Notes: generated by a model not told the origin, from the sequence alone. A stretch of 64,000 nt of DNA from Mustelus asterias (GCF_964213995.1 NC_135823.1:18724001-18788000); one strand, 5' to 3'; positions 35,593 to 48,100 are shown, counted from the stretch's first letter. Program-made: numbers and translations.

Positions 35593-35883
35593 CGGGCGGC
35601 ACGGTGGTAAGTGGTTAGCACTTCTGCCTCACTATACCAGGGACCCGGCTTGGGTTGCTGTGTGGAGTCTGCACATTCTCCCTACGTCTGCGTGGGTTTC
35701 CTCCGGGTGCTCCGGTTTCCCCCCACTGTCGAAAGATGTGCTGGTTATGGTGCATTGGCCATGCTAAATTCTCCCTCAGTGTACCCGAACAAGCACCGGA
35801 GTGTGGCGACCAGGGGATTTTCACAGTAACTTCGTTGCAGTGTTAATGTAAGACTACTTGTGACAATAATAAATAAACTTAAA
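35593..35883 (+). mobile_element. V-SINE with alternative 3' tail
   Basis: HE1 head and V domain, then ggggattttcacagtaacttcgttgcagtgttaatgtaag..aataaataaactt. Confidence 0.88.
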
Positions 35884-37127
35884 CCTATCACACTTTAAAA
35901 ATTATACGGTACCAATTCAACATAGGTTTGGATCGAAAGACCTTTGCAGAGCTGAGGATAACGTATTATGACACAGCAGAAGATGAAAATACATTCCCCT
36001 CTGGACTATATGTTGCCTTGGCGTTACATTCCTGAGCTTGAGTAACTCAATTAATCTCACAGCACTATTTTTTGTGGCTCTTAAAGCTCAAACAGCACAG
36101 CAGTAAGTATCCGCAAGTTTATAAGTGCTCCTGTGGCTTTTTCACATTGTAAAACATATGACGTATCTACTACCTGTGTCTTTTGTCGTCCTGTTGCTAT
36201 TTTGATTTCCCATAACCCAGTTTGTGTTTTCTTTTTCTCTCCTGCTTTTTTCTCCAATTGTTTTCATTGAGTTCTCAAGAAAGTACGTTCAGAAATACAT
36301 TTTGTTGAACTATTGTAAGTCTAAGTGCACTTCGGGCCAAGAATGTGCTGGGATAGAGGGATCTCACTAGCGTACCATGGTAGTTTTCCTATACTCATCA
36401 ACTGAAAGGTTTGGCCACGAAGTAGTTCTTTTATGTGAGACCTGATTAGCTGTCAAATCTGCCAACAACTTGTGGTAAGGGCCACAGACATTAGTGAACT
36501 GTAGATCCAACAGGACTTAATCAGTGAGACGTAACAGATTCAGAAATAAACAGAGGAAGGGCTCAGAAGGAGGGTTAATTAAAGTAAGTAAATTCATTGT
36601 TAAATTAGAAAGAGTAGCAAAGCGAGGAAGGAAAGATTGGATTAAGAGAGAGAAGGAGACAAATGAAAAGTATGGAAAGAATTTTAATTTTAAAATTTAG
36701 CATTTTTAAAATCCCCAACACCTGAAGGAATGAGATTCCACGCTTTTAATTTTTCGCTTTCTGGGTAAGAGAGGTTGATTGGCAATGATTAACAGTTATT
36801 GAGGCATTAAAAGGATGCATACACTGTCACTTAGGCTTAATGTTCTGTGGTGAATTTAATGGGTATTAATGAGAAAGTGCAGCAACATCATGCAGATCAC
36901 GGAGACGCTGTTTTCCCAAAGCTAATCCCAGATCAACCCAAATTGGGCAACATCTTGTGGCAATTCACATGTTATTGTTTTCTTGCCCTAAATTGAGAAG
37001 ACCTGCAAGTTAATAATGGTGCATGTCATTCAAATGCTTTTTTTTAAAGCTACTTCTGGTCCACTGAATGAAGCCATTATGTACTTAACTGCATGTTCGC
37101 AAATACACTTTGAAAACACTATGGAGC

Positions 37128-37550
37128 ATAGAATCTCTACAGGAGGCTATTTGGCCCATCAAGTCTGCACCAACCCTCCGAAGGAGCATATTGCCCAGCC
37201 CCCCTGCCCTATCCCCATAACCCTGCGCATTTACCATGGCTAATCCTTTTTCATTGCACAATACCCAATCCAAGATGGCTTATTCCTTGTTGGTTCCTCA
37301 ACGTTTTGGTCCAGGAAACCATCCCGAATGCAATCCAGAAATTTGTCCTCTATTGTACTCTGACTAATTTAACTCACCCAATCTATATGCTGATTAAAGT
37401 CACCCATAATCGCAGATGCGTTCCTTTATCATATGCATCTCTGATTTCCTGTCTAATGCGATTCCCAACATTACCACTACAGTTGATGTATCCAACTACT
37501 CCAATGATACAAAGCTAGGTGGCTAAGTGAGCTGTGAGGAGGATGCAAAG
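37128..37550 (-). mobile_element. HE1 3' fragment followed by CR1 fragments
   Basis: catagaatctctacaggaggctatt; APE-region minus fragment (MGDFN: taaagtcacccat); short + strand RT fragment (NDTKLGG). Confidence 0.65.
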
Positions 37551-38345
37551 AGAAGCAGCCCAGATTTTTGCCACAACGGAGTGGATCTCTGCCGAAAATC
37601 CCGAAAATGGACACAATTTGTAAGTCCCTTAACCAAGCCCGGCGTTTCCCATCCTCGCGAGGGTGGGGCTGAAGTCAGGCCAGGGTTCGTGGAAGCAAAA
37701 GTCGTAGGGGCAGCTGGCCATTTAAATCATCAGCTGCCTCAGTGACTTCCAATTTTTGAACTCTGTGTGAATCCTAGAGTGTGCAGATTAGACCAGGTAA
37801 GAGGATGTCGGAACTTGGTGGATTTTTTGGATAGCCATTGTACCTCTTTGGAAAGGTATGGTACCCTATATGGAGAGGGTCCCAGGACACCTTTTGGAGA
37901 GATACGGTCCCTTTGGGAGAGGGAAAGCACCCTTTGGAATTGTTAGAATGAAGCATGGTTATGCACATTTTACTCACAAGCTCATTGAAGCTGTCAGGGA
38001 ACTGCCCAAGAAGTACCAAGGCTATCTTGGAAGTGTCCAATAATACAAGGTGAGTTGGCATGAAAGGGGTGAGGGGAAAGGGTGCTGGATGTTGGCATGA
38101 ATTGGCAATAAGTTGGCTTGGGGGTGCGAGGAGCCAAGGTGGGTAGGTAGGGACATGGGTTGGCATGGCTAGGGCATAGAGAGTGGGGGTGGGAAGTGTG
38201 AAGACCAGAGGGATGTCTTTTAATTTTAAAACAGTGCTGGAGCACAGGGGGTGGGGGTGGGTGGGGGGTCTTGCACAGAGCCTTCCTTCACACCCAGCAA
38301 CCTCCGCAGTCGTTCTGTGGTCACCCACCCCAACTCCTACTTCAG

Positions 38346-38348
38346 CCC

Positions 38349-38405
<57 letters not shown>
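38346..38405. repeat. Poly-C run followed by (AC)n microsatellite
   Basis: About 20 C followed by about 20 AC units. Confidence 0.95.
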
Positions 38406-38410
<5 letters not shown>

Positions 38411-38589
38411 AAAGGGCTTGGATGAACATTTTTATCTTATTCAGGTTGAGTACGAACCCAACTAAATTGTATTTTCTACCATTGCTTTTTCCCAGGGCAA
38501 GCCAATGATCACCTCCCCCCAGGTTTCCCGACCATTCTAAACTAACAATGAAGGATTTTATTGACAGGGATCCTGGCAAGACACACAAT

Positions 38590-39187
38590 AAGAAGTTTAA
38601 CAACACCAGGTTAAAGTCCAACAGGTTTATTTGGTAGCAAAAGCCACACAAGCTTTCGGAGCTCCAAGCCCCTTCTTCAGGTGAGTGGGAATTCTGTTCA
38701 CAAACAGGGCATATAAAGACACAGACTCAATTTACATGAATAATGGTTGGAATGCGAATACTTACAACTAATCCAGGCTTTAAGATACAAACAACGTGAG
38801 TGGAGAGAGCATCACGACAGGTTAAAAAGATGTGTATTGTCTCCAGACAGGACAGCTAGTGAAACTCTGCAGGTCCAGGCAGGCTGTGGGGATTACAAAT
38901 AGTGTGACAAATAGTGTGACAAATAGATGCATATTACAAATAGTGTGTTTGTATCTTAAAGACTTGATTAGTTGTAAGTATTCGTATTCCAACCATTATT
39001 CATGTAAATTGAGTCTGTGTCTTTATATGCCCTGTTTGTGAACAGAATTCCCACTCACCTGAAGAAGGGGCTTGGAGCTCCGAAAGCTTGTGTGGCTTTT
39101 GCTACCAAATAAACCTGTTGGACTTTAACCTGGTGTTGTTAAACTTCTTACTGTGTTTACCCCAGTCCAACGCCAGCATCTCCACAT
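38590..39187. mobile_element. Penelope-like inverted insertion
   Basis: Arms about 38590-38792 and 38946-39149 are near-identical reverse complements; tail on the right arm; TSD caagacacacaat at 38577-38589 and 39188-39200. Confidence 0.93.
39056..39092 (+). ncRNA. Minimal type I hammerhead ribozyme motif (mirror copy on minus strand at 38647-38683)
   Basis: cac-CTGAAGA-a-ggggct tgg agctcc-GAAA-gctt-gtg. Confidence 0.75.
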
Positions 39188-40094
39188 CAAGACACACAAT
39201 GGCAGCAGTGATTTCAGGAAACAATCCAAGGTGAGGGAACAAAAGCCTTGAAACAAGGATGGAAGATACAGAATGTCTGTCTCCAGGTTTAAGCTGGTGG
39301 TGGGGGGGAGGGAGGCATCAGTGGGACTGGAAGATCCCACCGGCAGGAAAAGCCAGAAAATTCAGCCCTAAATACTTTCTTTGTAAACTGTGTGTTTTGA
39401 AATGGCTGCCTGGTTGGCTACCTTCCAAAAGTAAATTGGTTTCCTCCCTAAGATTTACTCCAGGAACTATGTAGGATCTAACTGCTTTTTACTGGACCAC
39501 ATCTTTATTTAAATTTGTTATCTGAAGTGATTTTGTGTTCAGGGAAGATTTTATTGATAAGCATATCAACTCTAAGCACAGCTGGCTATTCTGGCTGTAT
39601 CTCACTGTATCTCACACGGCTTTGTTCATTTAATATATCATAGAATAGAATCCCTACAGTGCAAAAGAGGCCATTTGGCCAACCTGGTGGTGTCTGGTCC
39701 TCTTCCACCCCACCCACTGCAACTCATCACTGCCCAGCCCTACAGTGGCCTGAGAAAAGCTGGTCTCTCAACCAAACTGGAAAACTGAGACAGGACAGCA
39801 ACTGGATAGCACAGGCCAAATTGAATGAGGAACAGCAAATACCGACATGTCAAATACAGCAGAATGACGCTGAAGGCTGAATGGGCAGCTATGGAAGAAC
39901 TTTCCAAGGCCCAAGTGGGAGCTAAAGATGGCACCAATGAGAAAATGCAGAGAAAGACTATGAACTAAGGACCTGTCGCAGTTGATACAGGAAGTCCCGA
40001 GTTGCTGTGGCAATGTCTATTTTTACATGCATGATGTAGGCTTGAAGTATGGATAGTGATGGTAGACTCCAACTTTCTTCCTATCACATACTGA

Positions 40095-40265
40095 TCAGAA
40101 ATCTCTCCCAGCCTTGCTGCCTGCAACTGGTGTGTGTTGGAAGGATTTGGAAGTTGATACTCAACTTCATGGCCGCATTACGAACGTGCCTTTCTTGGCC
40201 ATCAAGTCCTGGGGTGGGACTTAAACCCTGAGCCTCTGATGCTACCCACTGCACCACAAGACCTC
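40095..40265 (-). mobile_element. tRNA-derived SINE, third family
   Basis: Homologous to 60270-60492 (ccatcaagtcctggggt..cttaaaccc..ctacccactgcaccacaagac). Confidence 0.7.
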
Positions 40266-40995
40266 CATCGCCAGTACATTTTTGAAGATAAATCTTCAAT
40301 ATGAACTGGCTGTTGGTGGATCTGAAATTAACTTTAGGGAGATATCTTGTGATGGGAACTAGGAGGTAGCTCTGGAAAGTCTACAAGATGAATAATTATT
40401 ATAATGGAAATTCATACAAACCTCACAATTGAAAAGTTCTCTTAGGGGCTTCACCCTGAGTCTTGACACAGGAAGTAAGAGTGGAATTTAATGCTCCCCC
40501 TGCATCCTGAAGAGCAGGCTAGGAAGTAAAGGAAGCAGTGTTTAATCGGGTCGGATGGACAACCAGTCGCCTTCCTGAGTACCCTGTTTACAACCAGGCC
40601 GCAGCAGGTCGAGGTCTGCCTTCCTTTCTCTAGGCCAATTTATGTCCTTAAATAGCCAATTAATGATCACTTAAGGCCCTAGGGATTCACCCCTTATCAA
40701 CAGTTGGGAAGGGGACCCATGCAATGTAGGCAGGCCATCCAGGAATGCCCTATCAGCCTACCTGCAGGCTCAGTAGGAGACCTCTGGATCGGGTACATTG
40801 TGCCCCATAAAAAGGGCACTCTGTGAGAAGACCCCTGACCACCCTCACCGGGGCAGCCCGACAGGGCCTGGCAAAGCACCTTAATTTACCTGGATTCCAG
40901 GACCTCCATGGCTGCTCCTGCTCCCAGGCCTCTGGCAGTTCCAGCACTGACCACTGCTCCTGGTGGCGCTGCTGGTACTGAGGAACCCTCTCATT

Positions 40996-41863
40996 GGGCC
41001 CGATTTTACCATCAAGTTGCGCCCGCTTTTGGGCACGAAAACTTGGTAAAGTTGGGCGTGAGGCGAGTAGCGCGATCTACGCCTGTCTCTGCGCCGGTTC
41101 CCCCTTTACCAAGGCCCGAAAATGGCCCCGATCGGGACCGCGCCCGAAATGGGTGGGACGGCCATTTAAATGCATTTGCATGTATTTAAATTGACATAAT
41201 GGGCTGCACGCCCAACCTTACCGGCACTTCCTCCTTTACCACCATGTTCGTCCATCCAGAATCGGCGCAAAACAGAAATGCTCCACAAAAGCCTGAGGAA
41301 ATAAGTGCCGAGCATCCGATGGCTCTCTGCTTGAAATCAGTAGGAGGGGGTGGAAGAAGGTCGGTCCGACGGCTCTCTGAGATCGGTGGAGGGGGGGTGG
41401 AGAAGGGGGGGTCTGCTGCCACTCTGCCTGAGATCAGTGAGAGGGAAGGGGGGGTCTGCTGCCACTCTGCCTGAGATCGGTGGGGGGAAGGCGGGGAGGG
41501 GCCCGCCATCAGTCTGGGCAGCAGAAGGGGTGGGTGGACAAGGAGGTCAGTAATGTTGTGGGGGTGGACGAATGTCTGCGAGGCCCAGGGGAGGCATTAT
41601 CCGGCCCGGGAGGGATGTGGCAGGGGAGCCGCATTCTTTCTTTTTTTTTCTGTATACGTGCAGTTGGAGGTGCCAATCGGAGCTGCAGGATTTCGGGCGC
41701 GTTAAGCCCCGCCCACAGGCTTCAGCATGATTCGGAATTGCTGATATTTTTTCAGGCAGAGTGTGTGTGGGGAGCGCCTCCAGAACGGGTCTAAAAGTCG
41801 GATCTGAAACACTCAGTTTCAAGTCCGCCCAGCACTTAGAATCAAAATGGTAAAACAGGGCCC
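40996..41863. mobile_element. Young non-autonomous PIF/Harbinger-type DNA transposon (868 bp)
   Basis: 17-bp TIRs GGGCCCGATTTTACCAT / ATGGTAAAACAGGGCCC, perfect 3-bp TSD ATT (40993-40995, 41864-41866), CpG-rich, internal tandem repeat. Confidence 0.88.
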
Positions 41864-43163
41864 ATTCAGTCAGTCTTGGAGACAGGAGTGTGGTTCAAAA
41901 AGAGCCAGGCAACCCAACAGTATAGTGTGTGATTTGGATTTAATTCCATCGAGACTTCCAGAAATGCCTATGACACAGTGTTCAACTCCTCTTCTGCTCA
42001 TGGACAGGCTTACCGTCACAGCAATTAAATGCAGCCCTAAGTGTGACGAGCAGAAAATGCGTACTAGATACAAATATTCTAATATATAGATATTTGCACC
42101 TTTTTCTTTAGAGGTATTAATTTCAACCACAGACTTTAGAATTCCAGATCCACATTGTGAATATATGCATTGCTTTTGTTAAACAGTTTCATTCAGATAA
42201 TCTGCATGGCTCAGCTGATTTAGGCAGTGAAAGTAGGCCAGTGAAAGCCCCAGATTCGATAGTCTGTATTCAGTGAGCTGATCTTTGGTTGGGAACTCAA
42301 AAACAAAAGCCCTGGCACTCTGGACTTGGAGATAGTAAATCAGCCATGAGTCTAGTCAGTATCAACACCTTCTGGAAAGATGCAGGTGGACTCCCATTGT
42401 AATGCTGTGTTGTATCGTCCCCATTCCCAGCTAAGTGGCCTGCTAGTACTTGGCTGTCAGAGCTCGCACACAGTGACCGGCTCCTTGTGCAATAATATCC
42501 CAGCAAGTCATTACTTCTTTGGAAGGTGTTGGGAGGAGATAAACTGGTATAATGGACCAGCCTCTTGCAGTAGGAACTATTTGCCAGCCCTGAATGAAAG
42601 GACTTGTTGTTTAGGCCAAACTCATAAGAGCAGTCATGAGTACTCACACGTTTGTTTCATAGAGTGTAGGGCAATGGCAGAATACTGAACCAGAGACTAT
42701 AAAGTTAACTGATTCACATTTAAGTAACTGTGCCACAACTTTCTTTCTACTCCACACTTTTATTTTATAGTTAATGCTTGAAACCATCCCTGCCTATCAT
42801 GTTGTTCTGTTCTTGGTTTCACAGCCTCCAGCAGATACCCAACAAGCTCTGCAGAGGCAGTGTGAGATAGTGTGCACTGAGCTGTGTTAGATTGAAAAAT
42901 CACCTGCAGTGCACAGCAGAGTGCTTGACTGAGAGGAGAAACTACAGCAATGAGACCACGATAGTACGTAGAACAAGGCCATTTGAGCCAGCGGGTTCGT
43001 GCTTGTGGTTATGCACCATGTGACTCACCTCTCACCTTAATTCACCACCCTTTAAATGAATATGAAATGAGTGACTGGTCAATAATGCCGTCTTATAACG
43101 CACTTAACATGCACTTCAGTGTGGATTAGAGATCAAATCTGGATCCGACAATTTAAAAGACAT

Positions 43164-43301
43164 GGGCCAGAATTCTCCGGCTGTTCACGCCGGCAGGATT
43201 CTCCGGCCCCGCTGGCAGCGCACCCCTGCCCGCGGGTTTCCCGCCGGTGTGGGGTGACATCAATGGGAAACACACGGCTGGGAGGCCAGAGAATCTCGCC
43301 A
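43164..43301. mobile_element. Harbinger-type MITE (family of 20376-20583; related MITEs near 43632-43848, 44769-44895, 62707-62841)
   Basis: ggccagaattctccgg...ccagagaatctcgcc termini; reverse-complement similarity to 20376-20583. Confidence 0.7.
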
Positions 43302-43907
43302 GTGATAACTCCCTGTCCTTCCCACATCCTCTGTGGCTGCCTCCATTTCCTGTTCCAGCTGACCATTTTCTTCTTACTGACTATTCTCGAGTTTCTAATT
43401 TTGTGCAATATGAGCATTATACAATGGGTTGTATATTAAAGAAAGTAAAGGCCTGCATTTCTATAGTACTTTTCGCAACGTCGGGACATCGCAATCAATC
43501 AAGTACATTTCAAGGTGTAGTCATTGTATTAAATGCAGGAACCACAGCAACCAGTTTGTACGCAGTGCAAGGTAAAAATCCGCCCAGTTCTTATACAAAT
43601 TATTTTACTCCAGGATTACAAAATTGTCTACGGTCAGGATTTGCCGGTGCCCCCGTGGCGGGTTTTCCAGTGGTGAAGGAATCTCGCCATTGGCCACCGA
43701 TGGGATCTTCCAGTCCCGCCACAGTCAATGACCATTTGCATTGCTCGCTAGCTGTATCACTGGGGAACCCGCTATGAGAGTGGGAGGGGGGTCACCTTTG
43801 GCAGGACCAGAAGATCCCGCCCACAGGTAGGGTCAGAAAAGCCCAGCCTATGATAGTAGATAGTTTCCAAATTCAATTTATTGTTTGACCTGTTTTATCG
43901 TTCAGAG

Positions 43908-44148
43908 CCAGTGCGGAGTCTGCACATTCTCCCCGCGTCTGCATGGGTTTCCTCCAGGTGCTCCGGTTTCCTCCCACAGTCCAAAGATGTGCGGGTTAGG
44001 TTGATTGGCCATGATAAATTGACCCTAGTGTCAGGAGGATTAGCAGGGTAAATACGTGGGGTTATGGGAATAGGACCTGGTTGGGATTGCGGTCGGTGCA
44101 GACTCGATGGGTTGAATGATCTCCTTCTGCACTATAGGGATTCTATGG
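43908..44148 (+). mobile_element. 5'-truncated HE1 SINE
   Basis: V domain and gattctatg tail. Confidence 0.9.
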
Positions 44149-44899
44149 ATATAGAGTGAATAGCTTAAAAATATTGTGGCTGAAAGTTCTCTTCAATCAA
44201 GTTGCTGCATCTCTTTTTCCTCGTTCTGTTGACCATATTGTACATGTCCCTCAAGTTTCATATCTTTGGTGGGGCACGTCGGAATATTCCTTTTGAGTGA
44301 GATGGATGCTAGTTAATCAAATGCACATCATCTATCTGTTTTGAAACAGTGCCAAGGCCATTCTGGAATGTTCCTTAAGAGCGAGACACATACATCTGTC
44401 TGGTTTTAAAAGACTTCCTCCTCTGATTCCAGCCCAACTGATATTATCAGCTCTGAGTCCTTGTGATTTGGACCTCCCACATTCTCAATGCTTTTGTGTA
44501 TCTTCTTATCAGAATTAATGCTGGACATCACAACTTTGCTTATCAGTAGTTTCATCCTGTGGACAAACACATTGTGCTGATCACCAGCTTGATTGACTTT
44601 TGTCTCCCCAGAATGTCCTTGCCTTCTGATGTCTGGCCTCCTTGCAAAGCTTTGGTCACATTGTGCCCAGTTTCGATTGGTCAGTTGGTACCCGCAAACC
44701 TTGAACCTGAGTGCAACTGCATCTTTACAGCAGCAAGGTCTCACAAACAGCAATTCAATAAATAACCAGGGCTGCGATTTTCCTGTCCCGCTCATTGCAG
44801 GCGGGATGGAAAAGTCAGATGGGCAGCCAAATGTCCGTTGATTTTGGGTGAGAATTTCCGGTCCAACCGCAGACAGAACCTGGAAATCTTGGCCCAGCT

Positions 44900-45160
44900 A
44901 ATCAGTTTTAAGTGATGGTTGAGAGATGCATGTTGGATTCTGAGAACTCCCCTGCTCTTCTTCGAACAATATCCTGGGAACTTTAATGTTCACCTGGGAG
45001 GGCAGACTTACTTTAATGTCTCATCCAAAACATGACAGTTCCAGCAGTGTAGCACCCTCTCAGTACTGTATTGAGGTGCCGTAATAAGATTTTGTTAAGC
45101 CTCTGAAATGAGACTTGAATCCATGAGCTTGTGCGTCAGGAAACGGAGTGCAAACACTGG
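44900..45160 (-). mobile_element. Deu-domain SINE
   Basis: gagaactcccctgctcttcttcgaa..ttaatgttcacctgggagggcagac..gtctcatcc is the reverse complement of the Deu core. Confidence 0.7.
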
Positions 45161-48100
45161 GCAGTAAACATATTAAAACAAGTTCTGGGAAGCTGGCTCA
45201 TCAGTATTTCATAAGGATATTTACCCAATTTGGGCGACTTCACATTTGCTTAAACCTTGTATGTAATTTAGTGAATTAATAATATGTCAGAAGTGAAAAG
45301 CACCATTAAGCAATTGTTATTTGAATTCACCAATTATCAGCCTCCGTTTTTAATGAGCAGAAGATAATTACAGAGTATTGCTATTACGGCTAGCTTATAG
45401 TTGATTGGATAAGGATGCACAGCAGTTCTTTGAAAACAGCCGTTTAAAAAGTCTGCATCATTAATGCTAAGCCCATAAGATTAGTCCCGCTAAAGGCTGG
45501 TGTCATCTAATATCAAAGAAATTTACGAGCTTCAAGCAAAAGGTCGGGAAACAAACTTTCATGTTTGAAGTATTGAACAAATGCAATGACATTTCAGCTG
45601 TAATTTTCCAAGGCTGTTCATGGCACGTGGAAGCTCAGAGGCACTGGTTGAGGGTTGGCGTATGATTATAATTTAGGGATGTTCAAGGCTTTTGTGAGCC
45701 TTATTCCAATGCTACCTCTTGCCCAGATTTCCATTTTGTATGGATACACTTGGCCTTCCAGGTGTGAGACTACTCAAACAGGCCTTTTAAAATAGATAGC
45801 TGGTGGGCATTGAATGCTTTCCTGTTCTTTCTAATACTTGTTGCTACATTTTTTCCTTATGCGTTTGTTATTTGTTATTATTGCTGGCTTCTCTGCAATC
45901 CTTTTGCAGTTTCCTGACTTGCTGCAATGGATGTTGATTGATGCTGGGCAACTGAAATGATGACAAGGAGGCAGCAAATATAGACGCACAGACTCAGTGG
46001 TCTGTTCATGCCTATCACAATCCTAGTACCTACATTTACAGAGCACCCACCCCCCCCGCCCCCAACACATGCCAACCACTCCACCCCCTTGCAACACCCC
46101 AACTCCCCGGCATGTACATGGACATCAGAGGAGATCTCCTTTTTGCCTGCCCTTCACAAGTCTACAAAGATATAGCATGGTGACCTGCAGATACATCAGG
46201 AACAGGGATGATGAAGGTTACCATGGCATGAAGCTTTCATGCTCTTCTTCCTAGGCACCAAAGGAAATTAGTCTAACAGGAAGCAGCATACTTACTATAG
46301 CTTTTCTCCTGAAACCTGGAACATGATCAGCAATCTGTGCCTCATACCTGTGCTTCAACTGGTGGATGATCCTCAGACCCAACTAGGACCGTGTTCTCCA
46401 TGCAGCAGTACTTCCAACTGCACATCGCGGCCCACATGTCCTGTGTCATGATGATAAACTTCCCCACCATAATTGGTTCCCCTCAGTAATTGGCCCTTCA
46501 ATGGCTGACAGCAGCATTTTAAGACCTGCTCCCTGGCCAGGCTTTCCATTCCCCAGCCAAGTGTGCTGTTAACTAAGTTCTCCAAGCCTGCTTTTCCGAA
46601 GCCTAAATTGCAGGGATTCCTATTGGAAATTTGGGCCAGATCAGCCCTTTCACAGTGCCAGAGCAAGCAAGCCAGCTAATGGTCTTTCTGGATTTTAAAA
46701 CTTAAGACTTACAGTAGATTCTTGGAGAAATGATGCTCTGGGGAAATGATGGACCAGAACACTGAAAAATTGTGTTTTTGCAGTTAACATTGCCCATCAT
46801 TGCTGCAGAAGCATCTTCAGTTTATGGTCTTGCCAACTCACAATTGCAAGTTTGCTTAATGCTGCACGAAGCTGGCAATATTAAGTAGGGGACAATTTAT
46901 AACAAGAGGCAGTGACTCAGAGCAGGCCTAATGTTTTAGATTTCAACTGCATGTTATACCTGGTATCAACCAAGTATTTTTGTAGAACTGAAACATTAAT
47001 TCTATTCATTGGAGCATTACAGCTGTGTGAGTCATATAAGGAGATTGTCTTATCAAAACACCAATTTGAAAGATGAGTATAAGGATTTGTGCACCATAAT
47101 GTGAATTGTAAGAAAGACTTTGTTCATCCTTAATCTAATATAAATTCATAATTCTTTAAGAATTAATTTCATTGTGCTCGATCAACAATCAAAATTTACA
47201 AAGTTGGTTCAAAGTACGGTGACCTAGAAATTCAGGTGTGTCTATTTTTGGCAAAGAGCGATTAACGATTGGATCGCTGCTGGCATCAGGTACACTAGGA
47301 AGTGACAGTAACCGGAGGGAATAGAGATAACCCAGAGCGAGGAGTTGACCAGATAATGGAGATAATGGCACTGGGTAACAACAATGGAGGCAATCCTGTT
47401 CCTCCGATTCCATTTTAGGCAAGTATTTTTTGGAACCCTTCCTTGGTTGACTCCATTTAAGGACAACCTGTTCGGTCTCATGTAGATCTAGTGGCACTGA
47501 CCCCAGCTACCTTAGAGCAAACCAATCTCATGGTGGGGCCTCCAACAGACATTCAGCCCTTGTTTGCATATGCAAAGTTCCTAATGCCTGTTTCAGGGTG
47601 TGGACATTTCACACTGATTTTGTGGCCTTGAGCAGCAGGGCAGGAGGTGCAACTTGTAATGTGCATGTACTTGCTGCCCACCATACCAGATGCTTACAGC
47701 ATTTACCACCTGATGAAGGAGTGCTACCGTTTTCGGAAAATATAATTTCTAGGCCCAAATAGTTTATGATTTTCAAAAGACATTCAGTGATGTATCAAAG
47801 ATAATTGGTCTGGATCCAATCTGAAGATTTGTTACGGGCAGGGTGCTGTAGGTATACTCACTGGTTGTGATTTAGCTGCCCCGCTAGCTACAGGCACAAA
47901 TCCCATAATTGCCATTAAATAGCGCAAGTCCAAAAACAGATTTGCGCCGGCAAGATTTCCAAATGTAATTTTCCTGTCCCCCTCCAATGATGTGATCAGG
48001 TTCATGCCGGGGTGTGGGGGTGGGTGGGGGTGAGCCAGATTAGCATATATTACAATATATTTAAATATCATTAGGGAGCTTAACACCTCATCTTCCGCCC

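Noticed and set aside
37774-38651. Long ORFs with CV/HT repeats
   Set aside because: Produced by the poly-C/(AC)n microsatellite and a GC-rich transposon relic.
38895-38947. CRISPR-like or satellite array
   Set aside because: Only 3-4 short units with no spacer architecture, in a eukaryotic transposon junction.
47705-47740. cctgatgaaggagtgct hammerhead start
   Set aside because: Truncated Penelope fragment; stem II closure and a correctly placed GAAA are missing.
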